Below are positions 52,364 through 62,400 of a stretch of DNA of 64,000 nucleotides, piece by piece. Below the pieces are notes generated by a model. It ran no database searches, was not told where the DNA came from, and saw nothing but the letters and a program-made list of their open reading frames with translations. This stretch comes from Eledone cirrhosa. Lineage: Eukaryota. The position numbers and the translations under genes are program-made. The DNA lies in contig OZ024740.1 of NCBI GenBank assembly GCA_964016885.1, positions 130,138,001-130,202,000 of the forward strand, in the 5' to 3' direction. How positions within the stretch are numbered: the first letter of the stretch is position 1; every line of letters begins with the position of its first letter.

Positions 52364-52819
52364 CTACGTGTACAGCTGTTTTGGGTATGTTTCCTCCTGG
52401 AGTTTTTCTTTTTCCGGTTTTTGTTGTCCTGACGTTAAAAAATGAATTTTTCTCTGTTCAGGATTTATATTCCTGTTGGTGTTCGCTTGATGAACTTTTG
52501 GTCGTGATATTATATTTGGTTTCGTTATGTATTTTGTCCTATTTTTGGTATTCTGTATATTATTTTTCTTCCTGTTAGCATTATTTTTAACAATCTGGGA
52601 AAATGACCTAGGTTTGCTTTCAGGTTTAGATCGTTTTTTCGTCCAGTTTCTTGTGGGCAATCTCTGTTGAGATCTTGAGAGTGATCTGGTTATTCTACGT
52701 TTTGTTTCCACATTCCTTGTTGGTAGTCTCTGTTGAGATCTTGAGAATGATCTCCTGGTTTTACTACTTCTCACGGTCTGGTCAAAGGAATACCTATCGT
52801 GTTTGTGCTTTTTGTTCAT
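52364..52819 (-). CDS. PLE ORF2, basic Arg/Ser/Lys-rich 151 aa; probable N-terminal part of the RT via -1 frameshift
   Basis: ATG overlaps the ORF1 stop; duplicated RS(F/L)SRSQQRLPTRN; overlaps the RT frame by 94 nt containing TTTTTTA. Confidence 0.6.
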   Translation of the reverse strand: MNKKHKHDRYSFDQTVRSSKTRRSFSRSQQRLPTRNVETKRRITRSLSRSQQRLPTRNWTKKRSKPESKPRSFSQIVKNNANRKKNNIQNTKNRTKYITKPNIISRPKVHQANTNRNINPEQRKIHFLTSGQQKPEKEKLQEETYPKQLYT

Positions 52820-53709
52820 GTTGTGTGCGATAGGGTGTTTTGTAGAAAAAGCGAAGAGTTATTACCGTATTTCTTCTTTGATTCAAGGTAAGGTGAGTGT
52901 TTGTGTTGGCACGTGTTCTGGCGTATGTTGTGTTGATGAGATTGTCCACTTTTAATGCTTTTTCTCAGGGTTCCAGAGTCTTTACCGTAATTTGCAGCAT
53001 ATTCATCGAGAAATAATTGTTTCTGCTGCCATACCTTTCTTGATTTGTTTTCTTCTTTTGAGATATCTCCGATCCATAGTTCTCGTAGTTTTTCAGCTAT
53101 AATACCAGTCGTTAGCTTTGAAATTTCAACTTCAATTTGGTCATCAATAGCTTCATATTTGGCTTTGTAGCGGGATTGTTTACATTCAGAAATGGAGATG
53201 TCGGTCCTGAATTTTGTCAATGTAAGTTCCCATCGGAGTTTTGTTTCTTCTTCTGGTTCTCCTGCAATTTCTGTAATTAGGTATTTACGAGGGAGTATGG
53301 GTGCCATTAGAGAGAGCCATTTCGAATGTGTTTCGACATATTTTTCGCATCTGTATGCTTTCCAGAAATTTTGTTTTCTTATATTACGGAATTTTTTCCA
53401 TGTCTTCCACATTTCTTTTCTTATTCGATGTGTTTTGTTTTCCAAATTTCTTTCGTTTATTTCTGACATCCAAGGGGGTTGTGGTAGGCTTTCTCTTGTA
53501 TCTTTGATAACTGTTGGTATAATTTCAGCTAAATTCTTAATTTCAGAGTTTATATGTTCAGTTATAAGTTTTCCGTCTGTAGATTGTTTTTCTATTTCCT
53601 TTAAAATAGAGGATTGTGTGTCCATCATCGTGATAAGTGTTGATAATTTCGATATCTCCTTTAGAATTCTTTCTGATTCTGTTGGTTTCATTTGTTGCTT
53701 TCCAGACAT
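52816..53709 (-). CDS. PLE ORF1, 297-aa charged helical/coiled-coil-like protein of unknown function
   Basis: Long uninterrupted ORF in AT-rich DNA, starting just downstream of the 5' pLTR on the element's sense strand. Confidence 0.75.
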   Translation of the reverse strand: MSGKQQMKPTESERILKEISKLSTLITMMDTQSSILKEIEKQSTDGKLITEHINSEIKNLAEIIPTVIKDTRESLPQPPWMSEINERNLENKTHRIRKEMWKTWKKFRNIRKQNFWKAYRCEKYVETHSKWLSLMAPILPRKYLITEIAGEPEEETKLRWELTLTKFRTDISISECKQSRYKAKYEAIDDQIEVEISKLTTGIIAEKLRELWIGDISKEENKSRKVWQQKQLFLDEYAANYGKDSGTLRKSIKSGQSHQHNIRQNTCQHKHSPYLESKKKYGNNSSLFLQNTLSHTT

Positions 53710-53913
53710 GTTGGCATATACACAATAGAAATATATATATAGATATAGATAGGTAAATATACACGGGTGTGTATGATTGTGTATAGAAGATTATATTAAT
53801 AAGAGGAATTCCAACTTTGTCTGATTTACTCGTTTTATTTACAATCCTTTAAAATATATATAATGGTATTATAATGAAATAGTATGATAGAATATTAAAT
53901 TCTAAGTGTTAAT

Positions 53914-53952
53914 TGAACAAGTACGTTCATGCTTTCGCAATCTTCAGGTTCA
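53914..53952 (-). ncRNA. Hammerhead in 5' pLTR with core substitution GAAA>GAAC
   Basis: Identical to 49716-49754 except position 53925. Confidence 0.7.
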
Positions 53953-54290
53953 TGATATGTGGTGACAGTCGAGTTTGCAATTTTCAACTGTAATGAGATG
54001 GGTAAATTTCCTACCTTTTATACATTTTATACATAGAAAAGTGGCTCCAGAATGCAACAGTCAACCACCAAGAACTGAAGGAGGATACCCAAGAATTCTG
54101 TCGAAAATTACGTCTTGTAGAATTCTTCGCTGATAAAAATAATGAGAGTGATGAATCACTAGTAAAGAATAAATCAAATTTCACTCCGCCAAAAGGAAGA
54201 AATATCTATCTCGACCAATACATTGACATCCTGTCTAAATTTCCTCTTAGACATAATACTAATGTTAGGCCAAACATTAACAAATCAGAA

Positions 54291-56201
54291 ATGTCTGCAC
54301 TTAAACGTATACAAAATGATAAAACAATAATAATTAAACAAGCAGATAAAGGGGGTGCAGTTGTTATAATGGATACTGAATACTACAAGGATTTGGTTGA
54401 GGAACAACTGAAAGACACAACATTCTATCATGAAATACCGTCAAATATAGACCACAACATCATGAAGAAGATCAACAACCTGGCTTCAAAATACCACAAC
54501 TCATTTACTGATAAGGAAAGAGACTACATCACCAATTTTGAGCCGAAACCCAGCAACCTGTATGGCCTACCGAAAGTTCACAAGTCAAAAGAAATACAAC
54601 TGGCAGTAAGAGAACAAAACAGTGAGTACATTAAATTATTACACCCAAAAGACTTAACACTTAGACCTATTATAGCTGGTCCAACATGCCCCACTCACCG
54701 TCTAAGCAATTTTGTTGACATTATTTTGAAACCACTATGTATTCACATACCCAGTTTCATCCGGGATGATATCGACTTCCTGTCCCATCTTCCCAAAACC
54801 ACGGAAACGAATTCACTTCTACTCAGTTTTGATGTGGTAAGCCTTTACACCAACATTACACATGATTTAGGAATAAAGGCGGTTAAATACTGGGTGGAAA
54901 AACATAGAGAAGTGATTCCCATTAGATTCACAGCGCCATTTATATTAGACGCAGTTAAACTTATTCTGGAAAACAACACTTTCTTCTTCAATGGAAAGAA
55001 TTACATCCAAATTAGAGGCACAGCGATGGGAACGAAGTTTGCTCCCGTTTACGCGAACTCTGTAATGGGATACTTAGAACAACAACTCTACCAAGAAATA
55101 GAGGAAAAATATAGTACTGACTTTAGAAAGTACATTGAAAAATCTTGGAAGAGATACCTTGACGACTGTTTCATCATCTGGACAGAATCTCTAGATACTC
55201 TGGATGAGTTCAATATCCTCCTGAATAACCTACACCCATCTCTCCAATTCACAAAAGAGATGAGTAGGACCAAATTACCATTCCTAGATATAATGATAAT
55301 CAAAAACGACACCACCATTACCACGGATATATATTATAAACACACAGACACCCATCAATATCTGAATTTTAAGTCGTGCCATCCACCTCATACAAAACGC
55401 AACATCCCATACTGCCTAGCCAGAAGAATTTGTACCAGTGTAGAAGATACGAATACCAGGTACAAACGCCTAACAGAACTAAGAGAATTTTTGCTCAAAC
55501 AAAAATACCCATCTCTACTTATAGAAAATGGCATACAGCGGGCTATAAAAATACCTATACAACAACTTAGAACAACCCAAAGAAGAAGAAACCAAGAACT
55601 GGTCATACCATTTATAATGACACACAACCCATGTCACCAGAATATCTTCAACACTGCCAAAGCAAACCTACCGATCATTGCTCAAAGTAATGAATTAAAA
55701 GGCTTAATCACAGATCGATCTTTGACTCTTAGTAAAAGACAGCCAAAAAATTTGAAGCAATTGCTAACAAAAGCAAAGTTTGACCTTAACAACAAAGACC
55801 AATCATTCACTGTATCTAAATGCAATGATAATCGATGCGGCACATGTCAATCCATACACGCCGGTCAATATATGAAAACAAAAACTGGAAAAATATTCAC
55901 AAATGCAAATATGAACTGCAAAAGCAGAAATCTAATTTACTGCATTAAATGCCCGAATTGTGAAGAACTATATGTCGGTCAAACTGGAAATGCACTATCG
56001 GAACGTGCACGGGTACACCGTCAACAAATCAGAGACCCAAATGTCCGTCAGATACCCCTAAGCGGCCACCTGGCAACATGTGGTCAGGGAATATTTATAA
56101 TATTCCCATTCTACAAATTACACAGCCCAAATGAAATCAAGAGAAAAATCAAAGAAAAGAATTTTATTGATAAATTCAAACCCAAGCTAAATGAACAATA
56201 A
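54291..56201 (+). CDS. PLE RT-GIY-YIG, N-terminally truncated inverted copy (636 aa from first ATG)
   Basis: Identical to the 50130-52316 product except K>T (PKDLTLRP) and I>S (ICTSVED). Confidence 0.85.
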   Translation: MSALKRIQNDKTIIIKQADKGGAVVIMDTEYYKDLVEEQLKDTTFYHEIPSNIDHNIMKKINNLASKYHNSFTDKERDYITNFEPKPSNLYGLPKVHKSKEIQLAVREQNSEYIKLLHPKDLTLRPIIAGPTCPTHRLSNFVDIILKPLCIHIPSFIRDDIDFLSHLPKTTETNSLLLSFDVVSLYTNITHDLGIKAVKYWVEKHREVIPIRFTAPFILDAVKLILENNTFFFNGKNYIQIRGTAMGTKFAPVYANSVMGYLEQQLYQEIEEKYSTDFRKYIEKSWKRYLDDCFIIWTESLDTLDEFNILLNNLHPSLQFTKEMSRTKLPFLDIMIIKNDTTITTDIYYKHTDTHQYLNFKSCHPPHTKRNIPYCLARRICTSVEDTNTRYKRLTELREFLLKQKYPSLLIENGIQRAIKIPIQQLRTTQRRRNQELVIPFIMTHNPCHQNIFNTAKANLPIIAQSNELKGLITDRSLTLSKRQPKNLKQLLTKAKFDLNNKDQSFTVSKCNDNRCGTCQSIHAGQYMKTKTGKIFTNANMNCKSRNLIYCIKCPNCEELYVGQTGNALSERARVHRQQIRDPNVRQIPLSGHLATCGQGIFIIFPFYKLHSPNEIKRKIKEKNFIDKFKPKLNEQ

Positions 56202-56364
56202 TAACGCCTAGGGGTATTACTTCTACTACCACTATGACCACGACCACTAACAACAACAACAACAACAATAATAATAATAATAAAAGTGATGTTGATGGTG
56301 ATGATTAATAGAAAATGCTATTTTCATCATTTCAAAAAAGCAAAACAATTGATACGTTGGATAT

Positions 56365-56515
56365 GACTATTGGTCGTTAGCATGCTCAACCAGCCGTGAC
56401 GCTTAAACCAATCAGCTGTAGTAATTCAGTGAAACTACACACTGATTGGTCGAAATACAGTTTACAGGGCTTTGCATTCTGGAGCCACTTTTCTCTGTAT
56501 AAAATGTATAAAAGG
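56365..56515 (+). promoter_or_regulatory. Putative pLTR Pol II promoter (CCAAT/ATTGG boxes + TATAAAA)
   Basis: attgg at ~56369, ccaatc at ~56408, attgg at ~56445, and tataaaa at ~56498 and ~56507, upstream of the hammerhead; mirrored at about 49816-49966. Confidence 0.45.
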
Positions 56516-56576
56516 TAGGAAATTTACCCATCTCATTACAGTTGAAAATTGCAAACTCGACTGTCACCACATATCA

Positions 56577-56615
56577 TGAACCTGAAGATTGCGAAAGCAA
56601 GAAAGTACTTGTTCA
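56577..56615 (+). ncRNA. Minimal type I hammerhead
   Basis: TGAAC-CTGAAGA-TTGC GAAA GCAA-GAAA-GTAC-TT-GTTCA. Confidence 0.88.
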
Positions 56616-56793
56616 ATTAACACTTAGAATTTAATATTCTATCATACTATTTCATTATAATACCATTATATATATTTTAAAGGATTGTAAATAAAACGAG
56701 TAAATCAGACAAAGTTGGAATTCCTCTTATTAATATAATCTTCTATTCACAATCATACACACCCGTGTATATTTACCTATCTATATCTATCTA

Positions 56794-56837
<44 letters not shown>

Positions 56838-56840
<3 letters not shown>

Positions 56841-56992
56841 AGGATGGAATTATGGTAAGCACCCAGGTGGACCACAACGCACCATGGTACTCGATACTTA
56901 GAGTGATAGAGGGGGTAATAGGTAGATAGTCAGGACCCCGATGGCTGAGCTCCGGCCGTTTCGACAGCTAGAACAGATCGGATATAGGCACA
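56838..56992 (-). mobile_element. Short PLE terminus: 3' half of a U3-A8 family hammerhead plus conserved tail
   Basis: Reverse complement gtc-GAAA-cggccggagctcagcca-TC-ggggtcctgac..ggtgcgttgtggtccacctgggtgcttacc, lying within (TA)n. Confidence 0.65.
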
Positions 56993-57033
56993 TATTTATT
57001 TATATATATATATAAACACATTTATATATATAT

Positions 57034-57123
<90 letters not shown>

Positions 57124-57127
57124 AAAC

Positions 57128-57296
<169 letters not shown>

Positions 57297-57484
57297 CATA
57301 TACATAAACTAGACAGAGCCATAGATATAGATATATGTGTGTTTTTGGCAATCATTCACGGTGTGGCTCATGACGAATTAATTATTTAAATAATCAACAA
57401 TCAGAGCAAAATATAAGAAAGTAAGAGGTAGAGACATAGTTTTGGTATGTTTATGTACTTATTTATATATATACATATATATAC

Positions 57485-57520
<36 letters not shown>

Positions 57521-57540
57521 ATACATATATATATATATAT

Positions 57541-57985
57541 ATGGTGGCTGCCAACTCGTTTTCGAGTACGGCCACTACTTTATATCCATATAGGAGAACC
57601 CCTACCGATGCGCTGAACGAGTGTGACTTTTTAGTCCAGCCAGCGACTTGAAAACTCTGGCACAAACACTACACTTGTGACAAACATTGACACATAGTGC
57701 TGGGCCCATGGTACCCTGTGACGACATGTGCAGAGAGATCCCCAGACATAAAGCAATGCCTGCGCCGTGAAGCCCCCACAGTGAGCAAAGGCATTGCACA
57801 AAGCCAGTCCCACTCTCCCAACCAAGACGACACCTACCAAAAAGAAGAACAAGTCAAGGCCATTGGACACCACCAGAGCTGCAGGTACCACATCAGAGTT
57901 TTCCTTCCAGAATTCCGCCCTGACAAAGGCCAAAGGGCCATCCCTCCCGGCGATCCCGGACGGCCACTGACTCCCAAGAGCTCCT
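57541..57985 (-). mobile_element. Short non-autonomous RTE-like element (5' UTR motif joined to C-terminal zinc finger and 3' UTR)
   Basis: Minus strand carries GAAGGAAAACTCTGA (RTE 5'-UTR-like motif) and, about 200 bp later, CSVCARVFKSLAGLKSHTRSAH*. Confidence 0.6.
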
Positions 57986-58186
57986 TTACATACATATATA
58001 CATACATACATACACACATACATACATACATACATACATATACACATACATACACACATACATATACACATACATACACATATACATATATATATACATA
58101 CATATATACATATACATATACATACATACACACATACATATATACATACACACACACATACATATACATATACATACATATATACA

Positions 58187-58405
58187 TGGTGGCCGCCAAC
58201 CCGTCTCCGAGCACGGCCACTACTCTACATCCATGCAGGAGAACCCCCACCGATGCGCTGAACGAGTGCGACTCTCTAGTCCAGCCAGCGACCTGAAAAC
58301 ACTGGTACAAACACTACACTTGTGACAATTATTGACACACAGTGCTGGTACCATGTGACGACAAGTGCAGAGAGATCTCCAGATATAAAGCAATGCCTGT
58401 GCCGT
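58187..58405 (-). mobile_element. Second, 5'-truncated copy of the same RTE-like 3' end
   Basis: Direct repeat of about 57541-57768; [22 protein letters not shown]. Confidence 0.7.
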
Positions 58406-58419
58406 GATATATATATATA

Positions 58420-58455
<36 letters not shown>

Positions 58456-59419
58456 TATATATATATATATATATAAACGTTTGGAGTTGGAAGGCCAAGA
58501 CAATGCAGGTATGGATATACAATATAAATACAAATGCAAAAGAAATTGTTGACAATTAGTCTTTTAACTTAAATTTATTTGAATATCCTTACTTTTAGAT
58601 ATAATAGCTCTTCTTCGGAGGGAAGTAAAGGGGTTAATCCAGTGTTCTATTAGCTTGCCAGGTCACGCTGACAGGACATGGTATAGAGATTTCATTCTAT
58701 TTCTAATGTCAAACATTGAAGGTTAGGTGCATAAAGAGTTGTCTCCCTTTAAAAGGGGTTTTGTACATGTATGTTTAAGTGTGTGGGAGAATGCGTGAAG
58801 GCGTAAGTATGCACGTGTGTGTGTGGGTGTGTGCGTGTGAGTGTGAGAGGATATGTCTATATGTAAATGCGGGTGCTAGATGGTCTATCATGTTAAGACT
58901 GGTCTTTGTGTGTGAGAGAGAATAGGTGGAGGTGTAAGCGGATGTGTGTGTATGTGTGCGTGTGTGTGCGTGTGAGGAGGGTGTAAGTGTGGGGCTATGT
59001 GTTAGTGCCTCGGGTGTGGTGTCCTCTGTTGTTTCTGGCACGGTTATTTAAATTATATTTAAGTGCTTTTGATTGCTTTTGTGTGCCTTCACATGCCTCA
59101 ATCTCTTGTAAGAAAATCTGCCTGTATTATTGAATTATCATGTTGACTAACAAACCCATTAGGCATTATCTCCATCCTTCTCATATCCAATCTCCCTCTT
59201 ACTATCCTGTAGTGTTTCACTATTGTTCTGGTGATTAAGCTTGGTAGAGCTTATATTCAGCACTATATTTTTGTTTATAAGGCTGTGAGGATTCCTGACC
59301 CACGGTATGGATGAAACATTGTTAGCGAATACAAATTGTATGAGTATGTAGGCGTTCTTTGATTTATTTTATCTATAAATATATATATATATTTTTTTTA
59401 TATATATATATATATATGA

Positions 59420-59451
<32 letters not shown>

Positions 59452-61299
59452 GTATGTGTGGCTGTGCGTGTGTGTGTGTGTGTGCGTGTGTGTGTGTGTA
59501 TGTGTGTGTGTGTATACAAATATCTGAGAAACATCGAATCACCGATACTTTCCATTTCCAATGGAGGTAAGACAACCACATGTCTAACTCGATATATATT
59601 GCAAGTGAGTTTGTTCGATGAGCATTAGTTTTTCGGCTTTCCTGGTGGTGTTTAGTTCTTTTCCGATATATAATACGGAAAATAAAAAATATTTTAAGAG
59701 AAACCATACGCTCGATAAATAGTGTGTTACTCAGAACGAATGCAATAATAACATATATAATAATGATAATATTAATATCAATAGTGGTATTTATAAAATC
59801 ATATCGCAAAAAAATAGAATCAGAGGTGCATAAGCAGCTTTTCTACAAGCTGCAAATCCTTAACTATAATAAAACCTCATGTATTAAATTAATAACTGGA
59901 AAATATCTAGTCATCATAATGGTTAAATATCGCTGAAAATCTTAATTTCCGATCAATAAAAACATAGCCGAAAGAGAAATTATAATTTCAGTATGGATTG
60001 GATTCTTGTAAAAACACAAACAACTAGCCAAAACTAAAGGAGAACAAGAAATAAAAAAAAAAAAAATGACATGAAAAGTACCATTAACGAATGGGGAAAA
60101 TTTCTGGAGATGCAGTCAAACGCCGGAACAATATAAATGTAAACCTTTCTCAGTTAGATGATCCAAGTTCCATAAAACACCTTTTTCTCTATTTCTTCTC
60201 TGTCGGGATCTGGCGCCTTTAACAGTCATTTAAAGGATATGCATCAGGTTATGATTTACAGTCGTTCATATCCATTCAGTTGTCTTTCGTGCGCTTATAA
60301 TTATTAATCTATTTGTTCTTCCTAAATCACGTAGAAACCTATATATATATATATATATATATAAATCTTTTTTTTTCTTCTGAATAATGACTTTCAGTAT
60401 CGTCATAACTTTTTAATTAAATCCGTCTTATTATTTAACAAAAATCAAAGATTAGATTTGAATATTTTATATTGCAAAATATAGTGTAATATGTATCAAA
60501 CTGTATTGTCAACGTGATTGGAGGTTTGTATTCTGTTGTTACTAAAACGGAAAACAAGAAAATGCGGCTATTATTCGTTAATTCAAAATAAACTACACAA
60601 TAATTGGAGATTATGAGAATCAATCGAATTATTCCTGTTTGGTTCTCATTTGATCTAAGAATGTTTATAATGTGGAGTATGATAGTTTGAATAAATAACA
60701 AAACAGCAATAATGCATATATATGGTAACCGCACGTGGAGTTAAATGCAATTTATCCAATTAAGAATTTCTAGATAACTTGCGAAGTTTGCAAGCCTGAC
60801 AGAACCGAATAATGAGTCGACATTTTAATTGTAATTAATCCTAGATCATTCACCATGGCTTTCTACACTATTTAAAAATGCACTATTAACTTCTAGTAAT
60901 AATCATAATGACAATATGTGGGAATATATTAACCGACAGCTGCCTCAGGTGCATCGAATCCAGCATCCATTTAAATTCATAATAAGGATCGTACTGCTCT
61001 ATTTTTCTGCCAAGTATTGACAGCCAATGTGTAATGCCTTCGGATCAAGAGGTTATATAGAGAACAATATTGAAAACATGAGTGAGGACATCTGCTTCCC
61101 ACTTTGACCAAGTCATCATCTAATTTGTCATGAATCTGGCAAGGAGATAGTTGTGCAAACACCTGCTATATCTATCAGTGTGGTAGGTGTGGCTAGAGAG
61201 AATAATGCTGTTCGATACGAAATATCAGTTCTATTATTTTCTATCAATGTGTTATATGGACTGAAATAGGGTCGTTCGTTTATACAAAGTGAGAACTCA

Positions 61300-62400
61300 T
61301 ATATATTCTGTCAGACGTACCTCGAGAGAAATATAATTTATTTGTAATGGTACGTCAGTGAATGTCGTTTTATCGTTTAAGAGGGGGCTTCGAAGTAAAT
61401 ATCATGCTTTTATTTTATTTTCATATTGATTATGTGTAATAAACGACGTTATTATTAATAAAAAGCATGGTTCTCTTTCTCATTTGTGTTTCGTAGTGAA
61501 TATTTGAAGTGCATGTTATAAAACATTGTGTATTTGAAGATGCTCTATAAAGCACAACTGTTTATCCACGGGAGTGCTGCTATATAGTTTGTAGTTTGAA
61601 CGCTGCTTTTGGATTTTAATACTTCCTTGAGGTGGGGGTATGTATTTGTTTCCAAGTGTGTTCTTGGTGCACAATTATGCTTTGGAACTACAAGTTACTT
61701 TAAAGAAACAACCGGAATGAACCTCGTTATGTATATATTGCTGTTATTGTGTGCAGGTTGGTGAAGATTTTAGGTGACACACTTAATTTTGGATGCAATA
61801 TTATTTATCCAGGAATAGCTGGTATTGTGATGATGTATTCATGTTTGTGGAAGTGCATCACATTCCCTTTCTAGAGACATGCATTTTCTGGTAATATTTG
61901 TAACAAGGATGTTTTAAATCAAGTTAAATCCCTCTGATGTGCACGTATGTATGTGGAGAAATGGTATCCTGCATATTTGGTAAAATCACCTAAAGCATCT
62001 TCAGGTGTGTGGCAATGATGCTAAATTTACAACCGTGTAAATATAGTTTATTTCTTGTCTTCTGGATTTACTAGATTTTAAAATATAGTTGATAGGTAAT
62101 TGCAATCTTTGTTTTTGTGTTTCTGTAGAGCAGGTGTATGCCTGACTTAGGAGCTAATGTTAAAATAAAAGACTTTATCCATTAACCTATCAGGCGTAAT
62201 CGTTTTTAACTTTTAATATTCTCCTTGAAGATGTTTCTGAATGTAACCACGATGTGTTCAATTATGGCATATGGCATCAGCAAGCTAATATGCACCTGAT
62301 TCACGCACAAAGGACCCTCTGAAGAAGGCCAATCCTATGTCAAGACAGCTTGAGATACAAGAGAATAATACTATTATAATAATATTAAACTCTTTCAACC
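61300..62400 (-). mobile_element. Very decayed Hydra-type PLE remnant (tentative)
   Basis: Minus-strand scraps resembling LYRD, NITWFNPP and KLSYSSTP, in the expected order. Confidence 0.35.

Larger units (their letters stand above)
49594..54057 (-). mobile_element. Young, apparently full-length GIY-YIG Penelope-like element with direct pLTRs (49594-49859 and 53792-54057)
   Basis: Intact RT-EN ORF, two upstream ORFs, direct terminal repeats each carrying a hammerhead, insertion in (TA)n. Confidence 0.95.
54055..56790 (+). mobile_element. Inverted, 5'-truncated second copy of the same PLE
   Basis: Reverse complement of 49594-52276 (paired coordinates sum to 106331), continuing about 55 bp into the element leader, then (TC)n(TA)n. 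Confidence 0.95.

Noticed and set aside
52816-52818. ORF1 TGA as selenocysteine or read-through codon, as in Naiad PLEs
   Set aside because: Read-through meets another TGA 15 codons later and does not join the RT; the RT-EN ORF has no in-frame TGA at Cys positions.
50704-55627. Antisense and alternate-frame ORFs over the PLE coding regions (for example 53192-53728, 52147-52578)
   Set aside because: These are shadow ORFs of the real frames with no recognisable motifs.
49594-56790. Inverted repeat as an assembly artefact
   Set aside because: The arms carry distinct substitutions, are asymmetric at the ends and join at a microhomology typical of PLE inversions; read-level confirmation is still advisable.
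57900-57985. HDV-like ribozyme at the RTE-like 5' end
   Set aside because: Only one hairpin is evident; I could not build the nested P1/P2/P3/P1.1 double pseudoknot.
59282-59335. GTGAGGA..GAAACATTGTT hammerhead-like motif
   Set aside because: C3 is mutated and helix I is only about 3 bp; possibly a relic, too weak to list as a feature.
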